A DNA stretch of 64,000 nt, taken from contig CM119371.1 in the NCBI GenBank assembly GCA_051294905.1, positions 31,002,001 through 31,066,000 of the forward strand. The letters run 5' to 3'. The notes under the pieces were generated by a model. It was not told the origin of the DNA and made no database searches. It worked only from the letters and a program-made list of their open reading frames with translations. This DNA comes from Botryllus schlosseri (lineage: Eukaryota). Position numbers and translations under genes: made by a program. Positions 39,416 through 50,150 of the stretch are shown piece after piece. The first letter of the stretch is position 1, and each line of letters opens with the position of its first letter.

Positions 39416-41672
39416 AGTAGTAATTACTTTATCTTACAGAATAGTAACGACTTTTGAAGTTGAACAAAAATACGATTTGGTGGACTATGAGTACAACCGA
39501 ACTTGCTATGGATTTTGGATTGTGGTGATTACTCGCGTAGTCTTGTCTACTTTTCATAAGGATACTTTTTGTTTTGGTTGGGTAAGTTACAAACGGATTG
39601 ACTTGACAAGGCTTTTTTGTATTTTACGCTTTTGTGTATGGGAAGATGTTAAAATGTTGAGGCGTAATACTATTTCCGTTTACTCGATTACAACAACAAA
39701 AAATAACCTGCTAGTTTGTTCAAGGTTTCGACAAATAGATTGAAATATTCCTATTGAACTCATCGCGTCACAAGTCGATCGCGGTATGCACAAGTGGTTG
39801 TCAAGTTAGAAATATTTACAACAGGTGCTATTCCATTGATTGATTCTATTGTGTGTAGTAACACATTAAAATATCGCGATAGTATTTACTGAAACTCTAT
39901 TTGGTAAACGGAAAACTCAGTCGTGAATAGAGTTATAAGTTTCAAGGATTGTTTCAAAGTATGATCTTGAAATGTGACTGGATCAAAGTTGGTAGTCATG
40001 TTTGTCAATATATTTCGATTCAGACTATGTCAAAGTCAAAATATTTCATTATGGATTATCTGGATTTACCTTTAGTACATCCCACGAATGGATTCCGACG
40101 CCGCGCTATAACATTTTTGATGATAAGGACTCGAGGATTTTCATGATAGAGTTGACGAGTGATAAGATGGGTGTTTTTGTTAAGAGTTTGATTTAAAGTT
40201 AATAAAGACAATAACATTATAATGCACATACTTGTGATTCTTGATTCTTGTGGAATAATAGTTGGTATTGATTCTATAGATGTGAAAACGGTGCGAAGTG
40301 TCAAAACATATAGCGATCGCGTGCAAGTGACAAATTGTTGGTTTTCGAATCACAATCTGCGCCGGTTCGGTTATTCATTACTTATTACTTGATAGTAAAA
40401 TCCATCGACATATTAAACTGTAGCGATTGGGATGTAAGTAATGGTAAGAAGCGAAAAATGGCTATGACTTAGGTGTTATCTTGTGAGTGATCGTGGGGTT
40501 TGTTTTATATTTCACACCTATTTGAAGTGTTAGTTTGTGAGCGTGGTTATTGTTGGTATTCGATTCGCCGTCTACGCCGGCTCTGGGACAAACTAATAAC
40601 CAAAACATTACCATGTGACAGATTTAGCAAACTATTTCACACCTTTTCGAACTGTTAGTTTGTGAGCGTGGTTATTGCTGACATTCGAATCACCGTCTAC
40701 GCTGGTTCTGTGGTAAACTAATTACTAAAGTAACACCATGCGACTGATTCCTAGATTTCGCAAACTATTTCGCACTGAATGGATTAGTGTAATATTCGAT
40801 AGTAGCACACAGCTGCATGGGAAACAATTCAGCGCGCAGGTCATTCGAAATATAGGTCGCACGCACTGCGTAAATCCTCTTGCACAACAAGCCACGTTTC
40901 CGTTTGTGCGGTTATTGTTGGTGACTCGTCCATATTCAACACCGCGCGAGAGATGCCTATACTCGAAAGTACGAATCACGACCGCACCCATAAGAAACAA
41001 TGGCACATCACCAGAGATCCCGTAAGAATACATGACAGGCGAATCACCGCCACCGCCTATAGCAAAAAAGGCAAGTCACGACCACGAGTTTTCACGGCGA
41101 ATCACCGCCACGAGCTATACCTGAAAGGGCGAATCACGGCCGCACCCATAAGAACACATGGCGAGTCACCACAGAACCCGTACGAATACACGACAGACGA
41201 ATCACCGCCACCGCCTATAGCAAAAAAGGCGAGTCACGACCACGAGTTTTCACGATATACACATTAACAAAGATTCATTCACATGACTATTTACTTGATA
41301 CATATTCAACACCGGTCGAGAGATGCATATACCCGAAAATACGAATTACCACCGCGACACCGGTTGAGCGATTCATATACCGAAAAGGGTTACCGGTCGA
41401 GAGATGGCTATACTAGCACCGGTTGAGCGACGCATATACAGGAAAGGGTCACCGGTCGAGAGATGGCTACATCCGAAAGGGCGATTCGCGACCGCACGCA
41501 TAAGAACACATGGCACCGGTCGAGCGGAAGGGGGTTCTGAAAAGGCGAGTCACCACCGCAAGGGAAGGGGGGGGGGTCAAAAGGGTCACCGGTTCAACAC
41601 GAGTTTTCGCGGCACCGGTCGAGCGGGCCCATAAGAGCCAATGGCGATGTGCCAGCGATCGTATATACTACT
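39416..41672. repeat. Right terminal inverted repeat (2257 bp)
   Basis: Reverse complement of 33378-35625; begins AGTAGT (39416) and ends ACTACT (41672). Confidence 0.9.
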
Positions 41673-43942
41673 GGCATACACGAGTGGCGGAACACAGTTA
41701 GAAATATGCCTACCCCAGACATGGTGTCTCAGTGCCAGAACAGTCCACACATAACCTGTGCTGGTGTCCGGCTCTCTATTACAGGCAGAATATACCCCAG
41801 TCATGATAGAGTGGCGGATCACAGTCCGAATCTACACCATATATGATGTCCGAATGGCGGACCACACAGCGAACACACCCAAGATATGATGTCCTAGTGG
41901 CAACAAAGCCCGAGCATATCCCAGACTGTCCGGTCGCTCGAATGCAATATCTGTTCACGAAGCGACGAGCAATCTCTATCTGCGTATGGGCACTCAACCG
42001 TTCATCACGCATTGCGCATCTATCCATCGGTTAGTCATCAATAAATCGACTCTCCGCGCTGGCACGTTATCTGGGCAAGATGATTTCACCTCGAGTCAAC
42101 AGAATGACTACTGAAAAATCATGTGGCACCATCATGAATATATTCAATTAGGAATTAAACCCTCAAATTCTCACTCTCTACTACCATAGTTGCGAAAAAT
42201 GGTCGCATCCTTTACATTCTGGGTTGATTTAAATTCAGAAGTTTCACCTGTCCGCCAAATATTTTTGGAAATTTTACCGGTCGTCGAGATGGAAAACGTT
42301 GAGAACCGCTGCTCTAGAGAGCCACCTTACTTCTGCATAAAGTAAAATATGTTGATGTTGCGCACCCGGGATATCACACAAAGCCGAAAAAGCCTTGAAT
42401 GTAACGCTCGGCTACGTATATAACACTGGTAAGTATACACGACTTTTGCGCCAGGACTTCTTTGGTTCTATAACACATATTTGAGGGGCGCTGAATACGA
42501 ATCTGACGTTATTTTTGCTCCATCACGTCACGTTTTTGAGATATATATGTGGAATATTTTTACTTTTTCGGGGAACTCAAGTATATTTTGACTACTTGCA
42601 GTACTTACTGAAGTGGTAATGTTTGACAAATACTTGAACATCTACCTGAACTGTAATCTGGATGAACTAATTACATTTGCAATCTGGTTTTTGTGAGGTA
42701 GAAAGTAGTTCAGGTATAATATTGCATCACTATCATGAGTTAAATTGTCAGAAGAAAAGTGTAAAATAGCCTCACGGTGCCTGAGTATATTATTTCGAAG
42801 ATTATATCCATGTGTGGTGTCATTATAGTCATTTTGCGTTATATGCGGTGATACATCATGTGATTTCGTATGTAGCCAACCCCGACTAACCGTTAAAAGT
42901 ATGCGACCACCCTCCCCCGATCAAATATGCTTAGATATTTACAGACTTTTAGTAATTCCCAGACCTTTCATTTCGTCTTCCACATGAAGTAGATTTGACA
43001 TGTCTTAGAAATGACTACTTCTACTTGTAATTGAGTAGTAATGTAAGGCGTTACATGTGCTACTTGAGTTGCAACGCTGATCAATTCGACCGACTATAGT
43101 TCATAGCAAACTATTACGACAAATCAGAAACCATCAAAAATGTAAATCTTTTTTATTTGGAACTAGCTTTTAATCATGCAACACACTAACAAAAAGCCTC
43201 GAAATTAAGCGATGTTATTCTCTGGCTCTGTTCCAGCATGGAACACGTGGTATTTGTTGTAGTCCACAGTATCTCCCATGTCGAGCGAGATCGACTGTCC
43301 TAGAACCGATGCATATTTATTTCTATTGTGAAGTAACATGTACTTCAGGTTTCGTGTTGAGCTGTTAGTAAGCAGTCTCCATTCGACCGATTGTCTATAG
43401 CAGACAATGTAAAGAATCCCGTCATATAATGGCACCTCACCAATAGAAAAACAGTTCAGAAATAGCTTTCCTCGATTCCGAAAATATGACAATATATTGG
43501 AACTGGAAAAGAAGAATTAGCATGGTAAGTACAGGTGGAGATTGATGATGATAAATTATTTCAATTTAACATGATAAGCATTTTTTTCTTTGAAAAAACA
43601 GACATCCTTTTTTTTCAATGTTTCAAAACAAGCTTAAAGGGCCTCATATTCGGATTATGCACCAGAGTGAACAATCATCTTCTACATAATATACCAACAA
43701 TAAAATGTTTATTTTTGCAAACTTTTACGTTTTACGAAAGAGCAGAGTCCTGTCACAAAATGCATTGACCGATTAAGTCTGCAGGACGGATGTAGAAAGA
43801 CAGATAACGTATGGAACAATCTTTAAACGAAGTGTGGTATAAAAATATGATAGCTTCTACCGACTAAAAATAGTTGCACCCGCATATAAATTTATGGATC
43901 AAAAAGAGGTCCTGATCGAAAAATAAAGGGAGCCACTGGTTT

Positions 43943-44555
43943 CAAGTTCACCGAAAACTCAGTTATTCTGTTCTACAACACAGGTTTCATCATTATAGAT
44001 GATCTCAACAACAATATTTTATCTGTTGCTGTTGTACGCTGACCGTAATGTCACTAACTAAAGCCGAAATTTGAATAATTTATGAAGATGACAAAAAGGC
44101 ATAGTCAAAATTGAAGTGATAGAGAAATCGATTTCAGCAACCACAAAGTAGCCTAAATAAATAATTGAAATTTTTAGAACAAAGTCTTTTGGAAATTATT
44201 AAACCAGTGTAATTTTATTGGTCGAAAAGAGCTTCTGATTGAATGAAGATAGAGAATTACTGGATACAAGTTCACCGAAAACTCACTCATTCTGTATTAC
44301 AACAACCCAGGTTTCCTGATAGATGATTTCAGTAACAATATTTGATCTGTTACTGTTGTATGCTTACCGTGATGTCACTAACGAAAGCCGGAATTTGATT
44401 AATTTATTACAATGAGAAAATTTCACACAGAAAAAATCGGACTTGATGGAGAAATTAGGAGCACAGAATTGGATTCAGCAACCTTAAATTAGCCTACATC
44501 ACTCATTAAAATTTCGGCGCAAAATTTTTGTCGAAATTTGTAGACCAGTGTAATT
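43943..44555. repeat. Diverged tandem duplication, period ~324 bp
   Basis: caagttcaccgaaaactca...gtcactaac.aaagccg.aatttga...accagtgtaattt occurs at 43943-44215 and 44267-44556. Confidence 0.85.
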
Positions 44556-44559
44556 TAAA

Positions 44560-45560
44560 ATTCACACTGCGCCGTTCAGAACTTCGGTCAATTCAGGAGA
44601 CATTTTTTGGCACATAAATTTTCCCGGTGAAAAATGCAATGTGTAACGAGCGGATCTGTGTTTGCCAGTTTTTTAATTTTCCTAGTTACACCCGAATAGC
44701 ATTCCGTCATGTTAGGAGCACCGACACAACAAACACCGACGTATTTTCCCCAATGTAAACCTTGTTCTTGGACATAAGTATCGAGAGATCGAAATAATTC
44801 TGAACTGGTCGTTCGTCCAGGTAGTTGCAGGGAACAATGAAATTCGGCAATAATACTGCCTTCGTGATCATATCGAACAAAGCAAGCAAGTATCACACAA
44901 TTACTCAAATCCGTGGATTCGTCAAGTTGTACAGCGAAATATTGCGAATTCTTTACTTGCTCAATAACTTGTTGTTCGACATCAACTACCATATTAACTA
45001 TTCTTTTTTCAATTGGATCATTTGATAGTGGTATGGCTTTAAGTTTGTTAGCTAGTTCCAGACCCAAAATCTCTTTCACAGCTGCTTACAGGCAATGTTT
45101 TATCAAATCTTTTCCAATAGTAAAAGGCTTTTTCGCTTGGCTAACTAGGAGGGCAATTATACAAGATGATATGAGAAGATGTCATCTTTTGTAAATCAAT
45201 TCTTTCATTTTCAACTTTGTACAGTAGGCTTTTAAAATAAGAAGCAGGCTTTTCAACGAGGTCGGCATGCAGTGAGTGAAAATGTCGAGTGAGCTTTGAA
45301 GGCTTCATTGCGTCGTTTGGAAGTATTTTGTTACAAACCAAGCACATGGAAAGTGATGTTTCTTGGAGCAATAGAAAATCCGTGCTCCAAGTACTTACTA
45401 TCGCATTGCCTTGTGAAGTGGACTTTTCGCTTTTTGCTTGCTGGATAAGCCATATCGGCATTGCCTAACCGCTTCACGCTAGGTGGTAAATCTGAAGTGC
45501 ACCCTTTTTCTGTGCTGGTAGACCCTTTAACTTCAATTTCACTGCTGGACTTCACTCGAA
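44560..45560 (-). pseudogene. Frameshifted, 3'-truncated hAT Buster-family transposase (ZBED5/SCAND3-like)
   Basis: RQCDSKYLEHGF, BED finger CLVCNKILPNDAMKPSKLTRHFHSLH, AKKPFTIG, IPLSNDPIEKRI, catalytic FAVQLDESTD and CxxH motif VTHCIFHRENL, spread over several frames; C-terminal half absent. Confidence 0.92.
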
Positions 45561-46401
45561 AGAAATTCTCAATACATTTGCGTTGTCAATTTGCACTAAA
45601 TTGAACGGTCAAATTTCGTTTGATTTTGCATAAAGTCTTCTAAGCCTTCACATACAACTGGTCTTGGAAGTTCGACACTTACAGGTCAAACAGTTGTTCG
45701 TACACAACCATTCAAGTATGTACCAGCAGCAAGTGTTACGCCGGACGTAGGTAGGCCTACTGCGCATACCCAGACAAATTTTGGGTATGAGGTTACCCTG
45801 AATTCCGCTAGGCATGTAAACACCCCAACTAGCTGGTGACTGGAGTGAATTAGAAATAATATATTTATCTCGTTTCTATACTGCTGCTCAGGTGAGAAAT
45901 TAGCACCAATACATTGATCGATCGAACGGAAGTACTAATAAAAATGCGAAACGCTATGTGAAACGACCAAAACGGCAAGACCTCGATGCTAAAGATTTGT
46001 AGTGATTGCTATGTGCTGTGTAGTAGTATGACACCTGACGCGCCGGCCGGAACGATCGCTTCTATGGCAGTTGTGTTGTCATACTGACTCCCAAGACGGA
46101 ATTGATAAATGCCGCACCTCGCTGTTTGTAGTTGTATTTTCATCACTGCGTTACACAGGATATACTGCAAACGTATCGAAATCGATTCCCCGTCTTCGAG
46201 ACGGTTGCTACTGCTGTGACTCAGTTGAAAAGCATTTGCTATAAAAGTTAACGCAATGAAGTTATTGTTTCATCACCCTGCATTTTGCGATTAGGATATA
46301 AAATTGAAATATGTCTCGCGGACCGGCAAGAATGTGGCCGCGGACCGATGCCACCACTGTCCTACACTACGAATACCTCTATATTTTCTAATGAGGCTAA
46401 C

Positions 46402-47823
46402 CTTCATGGACGTTATCCGGCTTTTTGTCGTAAAGGAGGCCGCATACAAATCTCCGGACGACCGACCACCGCTCTTTGTGCATGTGGTTCGAGATGAAGC
46501 TCATGAACTTTGGAAGCGTCATTTCGACTACAAAGCCCGCTGCGAAGAATTCTTGCAGACTTTGATGACAGAAAAAGAAAATGAAACTTCCATCCAACAG
46601 ATTGCAACTGTGGAGGTTCTTTCCTGGAACTTTCATCATGAGATCTTGAACTTCTTCTTTTGAAAGTCCAAACTTCTTCAAATCATTTTCAGAGAATGTC
46701 ACTCTCCCTTCTTTCATGCCACGATATGCCATCGCCTTCAATTTATTGATAACTCCGGCGATAGCATCAGGCTTTCTAATGTTTTTCACGCTGCTTAGAG
46801 TGGATATGATTTTTTTGTAGAGTCCTGTGACCGTCGCGGGAGGAGGTTCGTCCGGATTATTGGCCATTATCACAGCGGTCAATACCAGAAAAACGGGAAT
46901 GGAAACTAAATTGATTAGCCTTGGTGACAGTTGTTCTATTTTCTTCCATGCTTCATCCCCATGCTGACGTAACAGAAACACAAAAAGCTTCTTTGCGTCA
47001 TCTAGGGTCAGACCAGAAAGTGTGATGATGTCGGCCGGTCGCGCTTCCGCGGGTAAATCCGAGACAAAGAATTCTCGGGAAGAGATGACGATCTTTGAAT
47101 CACCGAGTAGATTACGTGAGAGTATATTGTACATGATCGTTGCTGCCACGGCTCGAGTATAGGGATTTATTCTCTTGTCGCCATCTCTGTTTATTTTCCA
47201 CGTAGCCTGATCCAAGCCGTCGAAAAATAAAACTGCTTCTGATTGATGTTCGAGCAACCACTTATAAGCATGATCCTCGTCGTTCTCATTCTGAAAGAGG
47301 CCACCGAAAAGAAATTTAGATGGTCGGATTAATCCATCATCTCGCATGTCCTTTATTTCTATATAACATATTAATTTGTACTTCAGCGGTGAGCGGCTGG
47401 CAATGTCCTCGAGAGTTTTTTTCGCGATTCTGCGCATGAGAGTGGTTTTCCCAGATCCCGCAGACGCAACTATGGCGGTGATAGAACGTTCTTCGATGAT
47501 AGCTTTCTGAAAGACTCCATCTAGCTCGATGAATTTGTTGTCGTCAACTTTTTGTCGGAGGAATCCGAACTCCTTTCTGAATTGATTTTTCACAACCCCT
47601 TCCTTTCGCCAAAGGAAGAACTTTCTTTTTCTTGCTACTTCCATTTCGTGAACCTCTTCATAATTTCCTTTGAAATATTCTGACTTGGTGACCCTTCTCA
47701 TCTGTGGATGCACTTGGAAATCAGGTCTGTTGAGGTCATCGACGCCGATGTCATCGAGAATTCTGTCTGCCGTCTTCCGGGACGTATTGTCGTTTATGCA
47801 TTTGATCAGGGCTAATGGATCTG
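46402..47823 (-). CDS. NLR-like gene, large NACHT NTPase exon
   Basis: Walker A ASAGSGKTT, Walker B VLFFDGLDQ, sensor-1 IVISSR, IPVFL, winged-helix FFFCHQSLQEFFAA. The frame is open upstream of the listed ORF to a NAGNAG acceptor (ttcCAG|CAG, exon start 47823 or 47820); donor GAAG|GTTAG at 46401. Confidence 0.95.
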
Positions 47824-49408
47824 CTGGAAGATAACAATATTCTTTCTTATTTTTTCTTGATATTTTAATAATAGAAATGATCGTGAAAAAGCTATTACTG
47901 CTTTATGTGAATATTTTATATGACCCACACATTAAACATGAATATTGATTATGGTTGAACAAAATTTGGAAATTTTAAAAATAGCATACTCCATGATTGT
48001 GTCTTATTCTGTGGATTATTGATAAAATAAATAACGCATTGAGCCTGAAAGAAGCTCACAGGAAAGATGTTAAGATTTCGGGCAAAGCGTTTGAAAGTAA
48101 CTGCCCAAGAATGGGCGTGCCGCCGACCATACAACGGTGTGAAGACTAGTAATCACATAACCCCAGCTCTTGATTGGCTAATCGGCCATGCTCCAATGAT
48201 CACGACAGAAGCAGCTTGTTGATTGGGTGTTCAATGAGTCTGCTACCAGTGGGGATTCTGAAAACGCATTGTTGGTAGGTTGGCAGATGATGATTTATTA
48301 TTACTTCTGGACAATCGAGCATCAAAAAAGTTACATATATACTACGGCGTGAGCCAAATAAGGTCACACAAAGTATAGTGTTGTTGTTAAGCTTTATATT
48401 TGTATTCACTGATGATGGATCCCTTCTGAAACGGGGAATTTGTTCACCACTTGCATAAGCGCATTTGCTTTCACTCGATGAAAACATGGCATGCAGTCTA
48501 CACACGTTTCCTTTGCAATGTAGCAGTCATGCTGTTCAAGTTTTTGTGAGGCAGCTGTTGTTTGTTCATTATGTATTTCGTACCTCAATATGTCCTCACG
48601 AGTAAATTTCGAGTCATCAAGCAATCGATGTCGATAAAAATATTGTTTCTTGCATATTTTAGGATTGTACGCGAATCACTGGTTGAACCCGTGAGAGCGA
48701 CCAATCATTCAATGATAGCGCCTTTTACTGAGCCTCCGTTTTTCTCACACAAATATATTGATCGTAAACAAAGTTACCGAAGCTTACAGCTCATGCTGTC
48801 GTAGATTGTAGTATAGTAAAGTGATTTAATAGTAAAATATATATTTCTATACTCTTAACTTGACCAAACCTCTTGATTTATTGAAATTGAATTCCAATAT
48901 AGTTTATATAATCCTCAACCACGAGCATAGGGTGGAATTGCATCATATCAATTTGTAGCTGGGTAATGTAGGCTATAGCAGTGCTTTTCAACCTTTTTCG
49001 TCGTGGTACACCCTGTTAACATTTTCTCAAAACTCGTACACCCCTGACCGTATAATACACCGATAACGCCGAAAGCCGCATTTTGATCACATATACAATA
49101 CGTCCAGATTCCAGCGGGGAGTCGCCATGGCGCATGGACGACAAATGCTAATATGAAATTTGATACTGGGAACTTAACACCGCGGAGAGCCCTTGTGTAG
49201 CTCTGTGCCTTCACTTATTTCTTGAGATATGCAATGCGCAAATTTTCTTATTGTAGAAGCAAAACATCCCAGCAGGCTTACAAGTCGGATGTTGGACGGC
49301 ACGCTCTCTCATAATTGCCAATATAGCCAAAGTAGATTGGGCGTATTTTTATATTCAGGAAGGGCTAGAAAAAAACAAGAAATTGAGTGACAATAAAATG
49401 AATTAATC

Positions 49409-49720
49409 GACAAGATAGCGTAATGGCGAAGCGTCCGGTTTCTTGATCGGTAGGTCGTGGGTTCGATCCCGGCCGGGTCAGACCAAAGACCTGATTAGTA
49501 GCACTGGTGTCCATGACTTCCCTGCTTGCCGCTCATGCATTACTGGGATAGCATGGAGGGTTGGTGCATGACTTAGAAAGCCGTAGAGGCTACATCCGTA
49601 CTTTCTTGTACAGAGGCATATGCACATCATGCACTTATGGTATGCATATGCACAGATCGTTTGTATGTGTATCATGAGTCGGTGTCTATGCCGCAAAATA
49701 ACATCAAGGACAAAATTAAA
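49409..49720 (+). mobile_element. tRNA-derived SINE (second family)
   Basis: A box TAGCGTAATGG and B box GGTTCGATCCC followed by a non-tRNA body. Confidence 0.75.
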
Positions 49721-50077
49721 CCAAGTCCTTCGCGCTAAGTGCCAAGAAAAATCTCAATTCAAATGAATCTGCCACGAAATATTCTACTTTATGAACATAT
49801 AGGGAGATCTACGGAAAATGTTGCTGTTCCCTGGCTACGCCAATTCGTCCGGACTGGTATTTAAGTCATCAAGATCCCAAATTTTGGTGTCAGACTAATC
49901 AAGATTTAGGTTGGTCTTGGAAGTTCACAGTAAATGACTTGGGTAATTTATTATTTGATATTATAGGTAATTTCGAGAATTATTCCCCGGGCCCCTCATT
50001 ATCTTCTCACGGGTCACATTTGGATTGCGAGCCACGGGTTGGCCGACCCTGCACTAGCTGGTCGATCCGTGGCTTAC

Positions 50078-50150
50078 CTTTGTTCACAGCGCATCGAAAG
50101 TCATGCATGGGCGCAACTAGTCGGTTTCGTTTCTTCGACTTAATAGTCAT
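50078..50150 (-). CDS. NLR-like gene, putative first coding exon (exon 50078-50181 including 5' UTR)
   Basis: Acceptor ttttcccatttAG at 50183-50182, in-frame TGA upstream of ATG 50150, MTIKSKKRNRLVAPMHDFRCAVNK, strong donor AAG|GTAAGC; phase 1 matches the NACHT exon. Confidence 0.55.

Larger units (their letters stand above)
33378..41672. mobile_element. Polinton/Maverick-like non-autonomous (defective) element, 8295 bp, with ~2.25-kb TIRs
   Basis: 33378-35625 is the reverse complement of 39416-41672 (paired near-identical ORFs on opposite strands in the ORF track). Termini A(A/G)TAGTATATACGATCGCTGG...CCAGCGATCGTATATACTACT; flanks GGTATA (33372-33377) / GGCATA (41673-41678) form a 6-bp TSD with one mismatch. 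No pPolB, integrase, ATPase, protease or capsid ORF recognised. Confidence 0.8.
32790..41935. repeat. Palindromic (fold-back) ~41-bp minisatellite split by the 33378-41672 insertion
   Basis: Units ctcggacatcatatctggggt..ttcggactg at 32790-33200 flip orientation around ~33210 (gattcggactg / cagtccgaatc) and continue as the reverse complement at 33220-33377 and 41679-41935. Confidence 0.8.

Noticed and set aside
42107..42112. ACTACT as the right end of the 32444 terminus
   Set aside because: No inverted homology to 32444-32480 beyond the hexamer, and the flanks (GACGCC versus GAAAAA) do not form a TSD.
48200..48810. Possible upstream NLR exon or effector domain
   Set aside because: No phase-compatible splice pair found and the frames are broken. 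It may be a very old retroelement relic, but I cannot assign it.
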